DNA of 64,000 bases from Candidatus Omnitrophota bacterium (GCA_043826355.1 JBDRQI010000031.1:32001-96000); one strand, 5' to 3'. Shown: positions 31,396 to 42,388, numbered from the stretch's first letter. Program-made: numbers and translations. The notes: generated from the sequence alone by a model not told the origin.

Positions 31396-31537
31396 CCTAT
31401 TGCAAACTTAAATTAGGGTATTTTTGTCTACTTTTCCTGAAGACATACAAAATCAAAGCTATACCGGTGAAATGTGTGACCAACAATATGCTAGCGGGAC
31501 TGCGTGTCCCTAATTTGGATGGAGGAGGGTACATAAA

Positions 31538-32395
31538 ATGAAGAGATTGTGGAAATGCGGTGGGATTGCTGTGTTAATTGTTGTATTAGGATTAACTTAC
31601 GCGTATTTGACATATGCTGATGAAATTCCAACGACTGATTTCATTAAAGCATCTTTGCAGATGCAAGAAGAAAGAAGCAGCCCTGGTTTATCTGCAGCAT
31701 GGGAGGTTAGAGTTTTACGCGACGGCAAAGAAATTCCCTCATTTTTGGTTAAAAAACAATACATCCGAACCCCGTCGGTATTCTATTTAAAAACAAGAAT
31801 ATTTAAAAACAACGAAGAACTTTTTGTAAGAGAATTTCGTTATGAAAGAAATACCGATACTTTTAAAATTTTGGAAACACAGGTTTCCACGGGAAACAAA
31901 ACGGGTGTTATCGGAAGTGGAATCCCAAGCGAATTCCTTCACAGAAGTTTTGTCGATCCACTTTATATTGCTACAATTTGGGATAATCAATTAATTAGTT
32001 TATTCAAAACCAGTGGCAAGATTAAAGTACTGGGAGACACAAAAAGCATAGATGGATATATATGTTTGGCTGTGCAACAAATTGGAGAACCTTGCAAAAT
32101 TTGGTTAGATTCAAATATTAGTTTTTGCCCTAGACTAATTGAAATTAATCAAGGAAACGAAAGAGAGGAAAGTATTTCTATCAAAGAATATAAGGAAATC
32201 ATCCGGGATGTCTGGTTTCCTATGTTTGTGAAAACAGAAGCAAAAGAAAAAGATAGTACCCTTACAAATCTAATCACAGTAACATCCGTCTCTGCAGGAA
32301 AAGTAATTCCAGAAGAAAATCTCGCAATAAATTTCCCCCCAGGGACCACAATAAGGGATAAAGATACAGATTTGATATTTGAATTTCCACAGTGA
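31538..32395 (+). CDS. Exported hypothetical protein (possible LolA-like fold)
   Basis: Signal peptide, KIWLD...P, VWFP, INFPPGT; AT-rich. Confidence 0.55.
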   Translation: MKRLWKCGGIAVLIVVLGLTYAYLTYADEIPTTDFIKASLQMQEERSSPGLSAAWEVRVLRDGKEIPSFLVKKQYIRTPSVFYLKTRIFKNNEELFVREFRYERNTDTFKILETQVSTGNKTGVIGSGIPSEFLHRSFVDPLYIATIWDNQLISLFKTSGKIKVLGDTKSIDGYICLAVQQIGEPCKIWLDSNISFCPRLIEINQGNEREESISIKEYKEIIRDVWFPMFVKTEAKEKDSTLTNLITVTSVSAGKVIPEENLAINFPPGTTIRDKDTDLIFEFPQ

Positions 32396-32445
32396 AGTTG
32401 TATGTCTTCAGAGCTTAGGCTCGATCTTTAGATAGAGACCCCTAA

Positions 32446-32886
32446 GAAATTTTAACTGACGAAGAGACAGTAAGAAGAGTACTGTGCAGTCTGCTCAAAA
32501 ATGAAGGTTTTGAAGTAATAGAGGCCGAAGATGGAAGAGCGGGTGTAGAGCTTGCGAAAAAAGAGGACCCGGACGTGATACTCATGGATTTAACGATGCC
32601 GGTTATGAATGGATTAAAAGCGTGCCAGCTGCTTAAGGAAGATAAAAAGACAAAAAACATTCCGGTTCTTGTAATAACAACGGCAGCCGGTGAAAGCAAG
32701 ATGGAAGCGATAGATGCCGGGATAGATGATTTCGTGGATAAGCCTTTTGATTCAGAAGAAATTTCCATCAGGATAAAATCGATGCTGAAGATAAAGAAGC
32801 TCACGAATGAATTGGAAAGACTTTATGTGTATGTTGAAGATATTAATAAACAACGGAAGGATAAACTTCAGGAAAATAAACCTTAA
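32446..32886 (+). pseudogene. Response regulator receiver domain lacking its start
   Basis: Open frame EILTDEETVR...PDVILMDLTMPVMNG...DDFVDKPF begins straight after a TAA, with no start codon. Confidence 0.65.
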
Positions 32887-32910
32887 CCAAATCTTACCAA
32901 AAACCCCGCC

Positions 32911-33250
32911 GGGTGGCATCGTGAACAACGTTAGAACCATACTTCAGCGGTCAAATGAGGTAATTTACATACCAAATTTAGCGCCACAAGCCTAGTTTGG
33001 CTTAATTGTAGAAGTTTACCCTACCGTGCTATTCACTATTGTTTTACTTCAACATCGGGTAAAGGCACATCCCCCAAACCCGCGCTTTGTTTGATCCGGA
33101 CCCCTGCCAACACAAGAAACCTTTTCTGGTAAGTACCCACCCCTGGTCGCAATTGGTTTATTCCCGCACGAAGGTTGACCTCGGAATGCAGAAAGAAGTA
33201 CAATCAGGAAGGAAGAAAAATTACCCAAAACAGCAGCCCGAATCAACCCC
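32911..33250 (+). repeat. Complete island module with P2 promoter
   Basis: GGGTGGC 32911; GGIVNNVRTILQRSNEVIYIPNLAPQA*; 22-mer 33034; Box C 33104; TTGACC-18-TACAAT 33175-33204. Confidence 0.85.
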
Positions 33251-33341
33251 AGACTGCAAACTAAAAATCAGGCGATTGTTTCCACTAAATTAGACACATT
33301 AGAGGGAATATGTTTAGAAAAATATAAACGGAGGTAATTCT

Positions 33342-33881
33342 ATGATGCCTATCGGTCCTTTAATGAAAGAGCATCGGGTTATTGAACGCATGATTAAATT
33401 AATGAAAGAGGAGTCGCGCAGAATAGAAGAGAAAAAGGAAGCAGATGTAGGTTTCATTGATAAGGCGATAGACTTCATCAGGAGTTACGCGGACCGATGC
33501 CACCACGGGAAGGAAGAAGGCATACTTTTCAGAAATTTGCTGAAGAAAAGCCTTTCGGCAGAACATAAACAAACCATAGATGAATTGATTAAAGAGCATG
33601 TTTACGGAAGAAAGATGACTCAAAGCCTTGCCGAAGCCAGAGAAAGTTACACCAAAGGCAATAAAGAAGCACTGAATGATATAAAAACTTTCATGCAGAC
33701 ATTAGCTGAATTTTATCCCCGGCACATTGAAAAAGAAGATAAGCGTTTTTTCCTGCCAGTGATGAATTATTTCAATAAAGAAGAACAGAGTTTTATGCTG
33801 GATGAATTCTTGGAGTTTGATCAAAACCTTGTTCACGAAAAATATAAATCTCTGATAAAGGATATGCAGAGTAAGAAGTGA
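33342..33881 (+). CDS. Hemerythrin HHE domain protein
   Basis: LMKEH, CHHGKEEGILF, EH, HIEKED. Confidence 0.88.
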   Translation: MMPIGPLMKEHRVIERMIKLMKEESRRIEEKKEADVGFIDKAIDFIRSYADRCHHGKEEGILFRNLLKKSLSAEHKQTIDELIKEHVYGRKMTQSLAEARESYTKGNKEALNDIKTFMQTLAEFYPRHIEKEDKRFFLPVMNYFNKEEQSFMLDEFLEFDQNLVHEKYKSLIKDMQSKK

Positions 33882-34061
33882 GTGCCAAGAGTAAATTTTC
33901 TGCGTTTCATACAAACTGCACATCTTCAGCCGCCATTAAAAGAAAAGGGTAATTTCTTAGGTTTTTGATCTTGGTTCGGGTGGATTGGGAAGTTACAAAG
34001 AAATTTTCTCGGAAAGAAAACACGATACCGAACAAAATACTTACCTTGCCAAAAACCCGCA

Positions 34062-34155
34062 GGGTGGCTGGGGGGAACAAATTCAAACCGCCCTGGCGAT
34101 GAAACCACTGTTCTTTATTAAGGTACAAACTCTGCTAAACCATTGTGCTGCTTAG
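34062..34155 (+). repeat. att core + divergent tail
   Basis: CAGGGTGGCT; left arm CCAAAAACCC(C)GC shared with the 32911 copy. Confidence 0.6.
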
Positions 34156-34296
34156 ATTTACAATTAAAAAAGAACCTTACTACACTGAGGGAAAAACACC
34201 AGATTTCCCGGGTTACATCATTAAACCTGTCTGGCGACAAAACCCCCAATTTTCTGGCAAGATGGGTATCAAAGTCTTATCCCCTCATGGAATTTG

Positions 34297-35283
34297 TCAA
34301 GAGCGAAGATCTGAATCCGTTTCTTTATTTGCCGGCGCGGGCGGCTCCTCCTGATCGCCTTTCAACCCGTGCGCAACGTTCAGTAGCCGATTTGCTACGT
34401 CTCTCAGTACGTCGGACGAAGCATACTGGGCGTTACTTATTACGAGCCACGTCAAGATGGAATCCGGCCGAAAGTGACGAATCGGCTTTCCCGAAGTCGT
34501 CAAGATCGCTGAACGACGAACTCTGATCATGGCAGGAACCCTTGCAAACAGCAAAAAACCGAGAATTGAGTTCGTCAAGAGTGATTTGATCCTCGGCGCA
34601 ATCGACATCTCCAGCGCGCTAGAGACAAAACCCTCAGCTGCTGCTCCCGAGTCATTTTCAAGAAGCGTTCCCGCGGGACGAACAAGCACCGAGCAGTCAA
34701 CCGCGATGATACCGTAGCGTCCTTGACGGCTCGGATGCTCGATCTGAGCCCGGGCTTCCGCCGTCCGCTCTCCAAGCGCTGCATGGGACCGTGGACGCTT
34801 GCACTCGATGTCGAGGAACGTACCGTTCCATCGAAACGTGACGTCCGCCTCAGATGAGCAATTCGCATCATGGGCATTGATGCCGTCCACGGTAACGACC
34901 GGAACGCCAGCTGCCAAGAGCCAACCAGCCACAAGATAGTTGAATGCGTCGTTTCGAGGCCGGTTGCTCGAAGTCGCTGGATTCTCTTCTTCTCGCAGCA
35001 ACGGCCCCTTGCCAAGAACCACTCGCATCCTTTCGGCTATCCCTGGAAATTTGGTGACACTGGCTTTCCAGAGTACGAACAGATCGACAATCTCACAACT
35101 TTCGCCGTAGGCCAGGATGTGCTGGGGAGAACGTAGATCATCCTCAAAAAACTCTCGGATCAACTTGCCATACCGAGCGCCTCTACCTCTATCTATCCCA
35201 AACCAGGCGCATGCCTTAGCCAACAGGGTCATCTGCTCGGTGTATCGCATCTTCCTGAAGACTGGCCCGAGATCCACCTTCAA
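34297..35283 (-). CDS. Hypothetical protein, possible PD-(D/E)xK nuclease fold
   Basis: ADVTF...DIECKRP; composition looks different from neighbours. Confidence 0.5.
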   Translation of the reverse strand: MKVDLGPVFRKMRYTEQMTLLAKACAWFGIDRGRGARYGKLIREFFEDDLRSPQHILAYGESCEIVDLFVLWKASVTKFPGIAERMRVVLGKGPLLREEENPATSSNRPRNDAFNYLVAGWLLAAGVPVVTVDGINAHDANCSSEADVTFRWNGTFLDIECKRPRSHAALGERTAEARAQIEHPSRQGRYGIIAVDCSVLVRPAGTLLENDSGAAAEGFVSSALEMSIAPRIKSLLTNSILGFLLFARVPAMIRVRRSAILTTSGKPIRHFRPDSILTWLVISNAQYASSDVLRDVANRLLNVAHGLKGDQEEPPAPANKETDSDLRS

Positions 35284-35444
35284 CTCCCTTCATTCATTTA
35301 TCCAACACCGGACTGACCGCTCCGCTAGGAGCGAACCCGTTCGAACTCTCTTGTTGGCACTCCCCGAATCAGCGCACAGCGTGCCGCCAACGTCACGCAT
35401 CACCCGCGCCGCGAAGCTGTATCTCAGACTTAGCGCCAAAAGAT

Positions 35445-35649
35445 TAAATTCATCTTATCATAAATCTACCCTACCCTGCCACTCACTATTGTTTTACTTC
35501 AACATCGGGTAAAGTCACGCTGCCTCCACCACTCCGTGCTCTATTTGCTCCAGGTCTCCTCTGCCAACACAAGAAATTTTTACCCCACCATCCAGTCGCA
35601 ATTAGTTTTTTCCCCATTACTTGACCATATCCCGGCGGGATGATAAGAT
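35445..35649 (+). repeat. Island module (Box B + Box C + promoter), near-identical to 27580-27740
   Basis: 22-mer 35484; Box C 35561; TTGACC-17-TAAGAT 35621-35649. Confidence 0.85.
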
Positions 35650-35688
35650 TTAGTTTACCGGCACGCCAATATTTATCGATAAAATCCC

Positions 35689-36117
35689 ATGTTTTACAAG
35701 GTTCTTGCAGATATAGTCGTCTTTTTGCACTTTCTCTGGATTATATTTATCTTAATGGGTTTTATCCTTACCCTGGCTGGTTTCTTTCGGAAAAGATTCT
35801 TCGAAAAATGGTTATTCCGTTCGTTCCACCTGGCCGGCATTATCTATGTTTCTATCCTGGCTGTCTCGGGCAAGTACTGTCCCCTGACAATCCTGGAAAA
35901 TATCCTGAGGAGCAAATACAGCCCTTCTCTCGTCTACCCGGGTTCTTTTATCGCCCGGCATCTTGAAAAATTAGTCTATCCCGATATTGTTACCGTAATA
36001 ATATACGTGCCTCTGTTTTTCATCACCCTTTTTACCATGGCAATTTTTATTCTCAAGCCTCCTGGGAAGACAAAAGATTATCTTCTTAAATATTCCGGAA
36101 GGCCTGAAAAGAGATGA
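35689..36117 (+). CDS. DUF2784-like membrane protein
   Basis: LADIVVFLHF, CPLTILEN, GSFI..LEKLVYP. Confidence 0.7.
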   Translation: MFYKVLADIVVFLHFLWIIFILMGFILTLAGFFRKRFFEKWLFRSFHLAGIIYVSILAVSGKYCPLTILENILRSKYSPSLVYPGSFIARHLEKLVYPDIVTVIIYVPLFFITLFTMAIFILKPPGKTKDYLLKYSGRPEKR

Positions 36118-36129
36118 GTTGACCCCAAT

Positions 36130-38496
36130 ATGTTTCCGAGCCGAAGAATATACCTACTGGTCTTCTTCTGTTCTTTCGCCAGCCTCGCCTACGAAGTAAC
36201 TCTCACCAGGATATTTTCAATCTCCCTCTGGTACCATTTCGCATTTATGATTGTGAGCATTGCCATGCTGGGCATCGGCGCCAGCGGAACCGTTCTTTCC
36301 CTGTACCCGAAACTGAAAAATCTTTCCCGACTGGGTATCTACAGCCTCCTGCTGGGAATAAGCATCCCTTTCAGTTACCTGCTTTTCAACCAGATGCCTT
36401 TTGAGCCGGTAAAACTCTCCTGGTCACGGATTCAGCTGCTCTACTTCTGCCTCTATTACCTGGTGTTTTCGCTGCCCTTCTTCTTCTCCGGATTGATTGT
36501 TGCCACCGCATTGTCCTGCCGCAGTGAAAGATCGGGCTTACTCTACGGCGCCGACCTCCTGGGCGCGGGAATAGGTTCAATGGGAGTCCTTGCTCTGATG
36601 GCTGACTCCGGCCCCGAGACAGTCGTCTTTGTCCTCTCTTCTCTTGTTCTGGTCGCAACCTTCTTTTTTTCCCGAAAATTCCGGGCGGTACCGCTGGTCT
36701 TAATCCTGTTCAACCTCTCGTTTCTCCTGCTCCGCCCCGGATTCGGAAACCTTAAAATCTCCCCCTTTAAGGAACTGCCGTCGGCCCTGAAATATCCGGG
36801 CGCAAACCATTTAAATACCTACTACAGTCCTTTCTCCAGAATTGATACCTTTCAAAGCCCGGCGGTCCGTTTTGCGCCGGGATTAAGCCTCAAATACACC
36901 GAAATGCTGCCGGAACAGATCGGCTTTTCCATCGATGCTGACGAAATGAATGCGGTCACCTTTTCGGCCGATGGCGCCCCGGGGTTTCTGAAATACCTGC
37001 CTTCCGCTCTGCCTTACGCGATAGCCGAAAGGAGAGAAGTTCTAACCCTGGACCCCAAAGGAGGCCTGCCGGTGCTGCTGGCACGCCATCACGGAGCCCG
37101 GGAGATATCCAAGGTTGAAAGCAACCCGCTGCTGGTAAAAATAGTCCGCAGGGAATTTTCTGAATTTTCAGCTGGAATTTACTCTCGCAACACCTGGACC
37201 GGGCTGGGCCGTTCCTGGCTGAAGAAAAGCGGCCGGCATTTTGACCTTATTGATATCTCCCTGATGGGAAGCGCTGCGGTGGGCTCTGCCGGGCTGTCGG
37301 AAGACTACCGGTTTACCGTTGAAGCATTCACACAGTACCTTGAGCACTTATCGCCCGAAGGTATTTTGAGTATCAGCCTCTACCTGTTGCCGCCTCCCCG
37401 GACAGAATTAAAACTTCTGGCCACCATCGCCGCAGCAATGGAGGAAATGAAGATAAAAGATCTGCCGGACCGGCTGGCAGCCATTCGCAGTTGGGGAACA
37501 CTGTCCCTGGTGTTGAAAAAGACGCCTTTCACCCCGGAGGAAATAAATAATATCCGGAGATTTTGCGATGAAAGATGGTTCGACCCGGTCTACTATCCGG
37601 GCATCAGGGAAGAAGAGACCGGTATCTATATCCGGACGGCCACCGATGAATATTATGCCGCATTTCAGAAACTTGTCAATCCCGATACGTGGCGTTCCTT
37701 TGTGGATGATTACCTTTTTGATATCAGGCCGGTTCGCGACAACCGGCCTTTTTTCCGTTATTACCTTCGGACCGGAAAGATAAGAGAAACCTACCGTGTT
37801 ATGGACCGAAAGTGGACCTATTTTATCGAAGAAGGGTTTATTCTGCCGCCGATGTTGGTCCAGGCAGCCTTTTTGAGCCTTGTTTTGATATTGCTGCCGG
37901 CGGCCGTCGGCCGGAAAGAGAGAAAAAAGAGTCCGGCCGCCTCCTCCCGCCGCGGCTGCGCCCTGGCCTATTTTGCCCTGCTGGGAACCGGATATATGTT
38001 TGTGGTCATATCCCTGATTCAGAAAATGGTTCTGCCCCTGGAAAGTCCGTCCTATGCCACGGCTGCTGTCCTGGCTTCGATCCTGGTCAGTTCCGGCCTG
38101 GGAAGCCTCCTGAGCAATCGCATTTCAAGATTAAAAAATCCGGCAACAACCCTGGCAGTCTCCTCCGTCGTTTTTATTTACAGCCTGACCCTGCCCCGGT
38201 TAACCGACGCCATCTCCCCGCATCCCCTGGCGGTTAAATTTCTAGTCGTTTTTTTATTGCTGGCGCCGGCCGGTCTGTTTATGGGCACCCCCTTTCCCAC
38301 CGGAATCAGAATACTGGGGGAAAGGGACAAAACACTCATACCGTGGGCCTGGGCAACCAACGGCTGTTTTTCGGTCCTGGCGCCGATTGCAGCCGTGATG
38401 CTGGCTATAGCAGCCGGTTTTCAAACTGTGCTCTGGACCGGCGCGGCGGTCTACACCCTCTCTTTTGCCGCAATGAAGCGTTTTCTGGCCCCTTGA
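36130..38496 (+). CDS. Membrane protein with spermidine-synthase-like SAM-binding domain
   Basis: SLAYEV.LTR, LYGADLLGAG, VESNP, FTVEAF, WAWATNG. Confidence 0.78.
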   Translation: MFPSRRIYLLVFFCSFASLAYEVTLTRIFSISLWYHFAFMIVSIAMLGIGASGTVLSLYPKLKNLSRLGIYSLLLGISIPFSYLLFNQMPFEPVKLSWSRIQLLYFCLYYLVFSLPFFFSGLIVATALSCRSERSGLLYGADLLGAGIGSMGVLALMADSGPETVVFVLSSLVLVATFFFSRKFRAVPLVLILFNLSFLLLRPGFGNLKISPFKELPSALKYPGANHLNTYYSPFSRIDTFQSPAVRFAPGLSLKYTEMLPEQIGFSIDADEMNAVTFSADGAPGFLKYLPSALPYAIAERREVLTLDPKGGLPVLLARHHGAREISKVESNPLLVKIVRREFSEFSAGIYSRNTWTGLGRSWLKKSGRHFDLIDISLMGSAAVGSAGLSEDYRFTVEAFTQYLEHLSPEGILSISLYLLPPPRTELKLLATIAAAMEEMKIKDLPDRLAAIRSWGTLSLVLKKTPFTPEEINNIRRFCDERWFDPVYYPGIREEETGIYIRTATDEYYAAFQKLVNPDTWRSFVDDYLFDIRPVRDNRPFFRYYLRTGKIRETYRVMDRKWTYFIEEGFILPPMLVQAAFLSLVLILLPAAVGRKERKKSPAASSRRGCALAYFALLGTGYMFVVISLIQKMVLPLESPSYATAAVLASILVSSGLGSLLSNRISRLKNPATTLAVSSVVFIYSLTLPRLTDAISPHPLAVKFLVVFLLLAPAGLFMGTPFPTGIRILGERDKTLIPWAWATNGCFSVLAPIAAVMLAIAAGFQTVLWTGAAVYTLSFAAMKRFLAP

Positions 38497-38583
38497 ACGC
38501 ATACCGAAGCGGCTGACCCCGGAGAAAGCAGGGGTTTTTTCGTTGGAGGTTGTGATAACATTAAAGATGGTTAAGGAGGTCCG

Positions 38584-39282
38584 ATGGTTAAAAAAGGGCG
38601 GTTTAAATTTGCGGCATCTTTCCTGGCAGCGCTGTTGCTCTTTATTAACCCCTGGAGCCTTCAGAACCTTTCCGGAGAAACTATGGAGAAAGAGATTAAA
38701 CTTCCTCCGCCACAATTAAAAGGCAGCCTTTCGGTGGAAGAGGCGCTCTCCCTAAGAAGGTCGCTACGAGAGTGCCTTAACGAACCCCTGACCTTGAAAG
38801 AAGTCGGGCAGATTCTCTGGTCATCCCAGGGCGTTACGGCAAAATGGGGCGGAAGGACCGCTCCTTCGGCCGGGGCCACCTACCCCCTGGAAACATATCT
38901 GGTTGCGGGCAGAATAGAAAGTCTTGCTCCGGGCCTCTATTACTACCGGCCCGATTCCCACAGCCTCCTCCCGGTGTTGAAATCTGACCTGAGGCGGGAA
39001 CTGTCCGCCGCGGCTTTGGGCCAGAGGATAGTCCAGCAAGCGCCGGCCGTCGTTGTCCTGACAGCCGTTTATCAACGGACCGCCGGCCGATACGGAGAAA
39101 GGGCGGCCCGGTATGTCCATATGGAGGTGGGCCATGCGAGCCAGAATATTTACCTCCAGGCCGAAGCCCTGGGTCTGGCCACCGTGGTAATCGGCGCTTT
39201 TCGGGACAGCGAGGTTAAGAAAGTTTTGAAGATTAAAGAAGAACCCCTTTACCTGATGCCGGTCGGCAGAAAGAAGAATTGA
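38584..39282 (+). CDS. SagB/ThcOx family nitroreductase-like protein
   Basis: RRSLR, RTAPSAGATYPL, EVGHASQN. Confidence 0.85.
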   Translation: MVKKGRFKFAASFLAALLLFINPWSLQNLSGETMEKEIKLPPPQLKGSLSVEEALSLRRSLRECLNEPLTLKEVGQILWSSQGVTAKWGGRTAPSAGATYPLETYLVAGRIESLAPGLYYYRPDSHSLLPVLKSDLRRELSAAALGQRIVQQAPAVVVLTAVYQRTAGRYGERAARYVHMEVGHASQNIYLQAEALGLATVVIGAFRDSEVKKVLKIKEEPLYLMPVGRKKN

Positions 39283-39308
39283 ACCGCATCCGGGTTTCCG
39301 GAATAGTT

Positions 39309-40037
39309 TTACTTTTCCGCCTCTCCGGTAAAGGGAACAAACCTTACCGGTATCAACTCCCGGAAGGAAAATTTGGCGCCTTTCTTGGTTACCAGCGTCA
39401 GCGTCTGATGGTAAACCGTGCTCCCCAGGGGAAGGATGAGCCGGCCGCCTTCCTTTAATTGCTTGAGCAAAAGTGGTGGGATGTGATTGACCGCCGCGGT
39501 AATCATAATGGCGTCAAAAGGCGCGTACTCTTCCCAACCAAAATAGCCATCCGCGTGCTTAACCTTTACATTCCGGTATCCTAAATTTTCCAGCCGGGCG
39601 GCTGCGGAACGGGCAAGCCGCTCCCGAATCTCGATGGTGTATACCTCCTTTACCATTTCAGCCAGAACCGCCGCCTGATACCCGGAGCCGGTACCCAGTT
39701 CCAGCACCCGGTCGGTCGGTTTTAAGCTTAAGGATTCAGTCATCAGCGCTACAATGTAGGGCTGGGAGATTGTCTGTCCTTCCCCGATCGGCAGGGGGTG
39801 GTCCCGATAAGCATGCTCCCGGTACCGCTGGTCCACAAAAAGGTGCCTGGGAAGTTTACCCATCACCTCCAAAACCCTGGCATCTTTTACTCCCCTTCCC
39901 TTGATATCATGCTCCACCATCTTTTGCCGGCTCTCCTGGTAAGGGTCGGCGGCGGAAAGTCCACCGGATAAAAAAGCCAGCGAAACCAGGACGGACGCGA
40001 TGGTCTGTATGCCCAATCTCTTATGCAATATAGCCAT
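39309..40037 (-). CDS. pcm: Protein-L-isoaspartate O-methyltransferase
   Basis: [30 protein letters not shown]. Confidence 0.92.
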   Translation of the reverse strand: MAILHKRLGIQTIASVLVSLAFLSGGLSAADPYQESRQKMVEHDIKGRGVKDARVLEVMGKLPRHLFVDQRYREHAYRDHPLPIGEGQTISQPYIVALMTESLSLKPTDRVLELGTGSGYQAAVLAEMVKEVYTIEIRERLARSAAARLENLGYRNVKVKHADGYFGWEEYAPFDAIMITAAVNHIPPLLLKQLKEGGRLILPLGSTVYHQTLTLVTKKGAKFSFRELIPVRFVPFTGEAEK

Positions 40038-40142
40038 TTTTACCCAACCTGTAATTTATCATCCTCAAAAAATAAAGTCAACAGTTATCCGGTCCCTCCG
40101 TTTAGTACATTGACTGTGCACATATTCAGATTAAGTCTATCC

Positions 40143-40190
40143 TTGACCCGGGGCTGGACGGGGTGGTAAGATTTGGGTGGTTTGGAAAAC
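40143..40190 (+). promoter_or_regulatory. Island-type promoter
   Basis: TTGACC-18-TAAGAT followed by TTGGGTGGTTTGGAAAA. Confidence 0.7.
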
Positions 40191-40233
40191 AGGTTAACCG
40201 CAAACTTTTTAGACCGTTTATAACTGGTAAGAA

Positions 40234-40832
40234 ATGGTCTGGATTACGGGATTATTACCGGTTATTTAATCGGCTCACTCTCCTTCGCCTACTTGATTGC
40301 CAGGCTGGTTAGGAAGGTTGACATCCGCACCATCGGCACCGGAAATGCCGGGGCAGCCAACGTTTCTCGTGAGGTGGGCAAATCCTGGGGAATTCTGGTC
40401 TGGTTTTTAGATACCGCCAAGGGGATCCTGGCGGTATTTCTTGCGGCCTTATGGATAGGCGCCTTTCCGAAACCAATGCTGTTTCAGATCCCTTTCTTGA
40501 CCCTCGTGGGTTGTACTGCGGTTTTAGGCCACGCCTACCCTTTATTCTTGAACTTCAAGGGTGGTAAAGGCGCCTCCACCTCCGGCGGGCTGATCCTCTA
40601 CCTCTTTCCGAAACTTTTTCCCCTGGTAATCATCCTTTTCTTTCTCACGCAAAAACTGGGTTCACATAATAGAACCGTCGTTTTGCTTCCCGTCGCCACT
40701 TTCTTTCTTTACCTTTACAGTCTTTACGGAAGTTTCGGTTTCGGGTACTACGTTTTTTCCTTTCTTTGCCTTATTCTGACCTGCTTTTTAACAAACTGTG
40801 ATATTTTCCGGGTTTTATTTTTGAAGAGATGA
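40234..40832 (+). pseudogene. plsY: Glycerol-3-phosphate acyltransferase with 5' frameshift
   Basis: GYLIGS, GTGNAGAANV, DTAKG, GH.YP...FKGGKG; ATG 40234 is out of frame by one base. Confidence 0.75.
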
Positions 40833-41671
40833 AAAAGATGTTGGTAAGAATTCTGATCGATGTTTTTCTAATCATCCTGGGAACAGTGGTGGTAACCGGC
40901 TTTCTTTCCCTCAAACCAAAAAGGATGCCTGTTGTTCTCCGGCCGGCGGACCTGGGTTTGGAAAGCCGGGATGTTGTTTTTCAGACCCGGGACGGAAAGA
41001 CCCTGAAAGGTTGGTTTATCCCTTCGGAGAAGGCGCAGGGCACGATAATCTGCTGCCACGGTTATCCGGCCAACAAGTCTGACATCCTGCCAGTAGTCAG
41101 TTTCCTCAGTCCGGAATTCAACCTCCTCCTTTTTGATTTCCGGGCACACGGTGAGAGCGGGGGTTTCGTAACCACCTTCGGCGCCAAGGAGATTTGGGAC
41201 CTGGAAGCCGCCGTGGATTATTTGAAGAGTGAGGCGTCTGCCGGAACAAAACCGGTTGGCGTTTGGGGCTATTCCCTGGGCGGCGCGGTCGCCATCCTGA
41301 CCGCCGCCGGAAACCCGGAGATAAAAGCCATAGTAAGCGATTCCGCTTTCGCCAACTTTCCGGAGATGGTGACCGTCAATTTTCAGAACCTGGGTCCTTT
41401 CAAACATATTTTTTCCTTCTTTGCTCGGCTCCTGGGAAGGGTTGTATTCCGGATGGATTATATCAAAAACAGCCCGGAGTTCCATGCTGGAAGAGTGCGC
41501 GCCCCGGTCCTGTTAATCCACTCGCGTGACGACGAACTGGTTCCCGTAGAACATGCCCAGCGGCTCTATCGGAACGCCAACCACCCGAAAGAACTCTGGG
41601 AAAAGGGCGGAACCCACACCAACCTGGAACACGCCTACATTTCCACGTACGAGGCGAAAGTGAAAGACTGA
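40829..41671 (+). CDS. Alpha/beta hydrolase
   Basis: CHG, DFRAHGES, GYSLGG, HSRDDELVP; stop probably a few codons premature. Confidence 0.85.
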   Translation: MKKMLVRILIDVFLIILGTVVVTGFLSLKPKRMPVVLRPADLGLESRDVVFQTRDGKTLKGWFIPSEKAQGTIICCHGYPANKSDILPVVSFLSPEFNLLLFDFRAHGESGGFVTTFGAKEIWDLEAAVDYLKSEASAGTKPVGVWGYSLGGAVAILTAAGNPEIKAIVSDSAFANFPEMVTVNFQNLGPFKHIFSFFARLLGRVVFRMDYIKNSPEFHAGRVRAPVLLIHSRDDELVPVEHAQRLYRNANHPKELWEKGGTHTNLEHAYISTYEAKVKD

Positions 41672-41723
41672 TTTGAAAAATATCTTAAATAAATATTTCC
41701 CGTTAACATAAGAGGTGATTTCT

Positions 41724-42362
41724 ATGACTATTCACTGGTTGGGACATGCTTGTTTCCTTATTACTTCAGAGGCAGGTGTAAAGGTATTAATCGATCCTTT
41801 TGATGCCAGCGTGGGCTACAAGGTTCCGGCGGTGGAGGTAGATGTGGTCCTTACCACCCACGACCATTCCGACCATAACGCCATCAACGTCGTAAAGGGC
41901 CAGCCGCAAATAATAAGAGGCTCCGGCCAGCATCAAGCCAAGGGGATAGATTTTACAGGCGTGTCAAGCTTTCATGATACCACTGCCGGTAGCATGCGGG
42001 GGCGCAATACGATATTTGTATTTGAACTGGACGGCATTCGCATCTGTCATTTAGGTGATTTAGGACATATCTTGGAGCACAAGCAGGTGGGGCACATCGG
42101 GCCGGTGGATGTTCTCTTGATACCGGTAGGCGGGGTCTTTACCATCAACGCAAGCGACGCCGACAAGGTAATAGAACATCTACGGCCAAGAATAGTTATT
42201 CCGATGCATTATAAGACCCCTGCCATTAGCTTGCCGATCGAACCGGTAGACAGGTTTTTGGCAAATAAACCAACTGTGTGGAAACCAGAATCAAGCGAAT
42301 TGACGATAACCAGCGAACAACTGCCAACAGAAACAACCGTTGTAATACTGAAATATAACTAA
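41724..42362 (+). CDS. MBL-fold metallo-hydrolase
   Basis: WLGHACF, THDHSDH, HLGDLG, IPMHY. Confidence 0.88.
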   Translation: MTIHWLGHACFLITSEAGVKVLIDPFDASVGYKVPAVEVDVVLTTHDHSDHNAINVVKGQPQIIRGSGQHQAKGIDFTGVSSFHDTTAGSMRGRNTIFVFELDGIRICHLGDLGHILEHKQVGHIGPVDVLLIPVGGVFTINASDADKVIEHLRPRIVIPMHYKTPAISLPIEPVDRFLANKPTVWKPESSELTITSEQLPTETTVVILKYN

Positions 42363-42388
42363 ACCCGAAAAGGCAATGGGAAGGTAAA

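Noticed and set aside
13473..35505. CRISPR array from the recurring 22-mer, with the 43839 nuclease as cas4
   Set aside because: Copies are kilobases apart with genes between them; there are no regular spacers and no cas operon.
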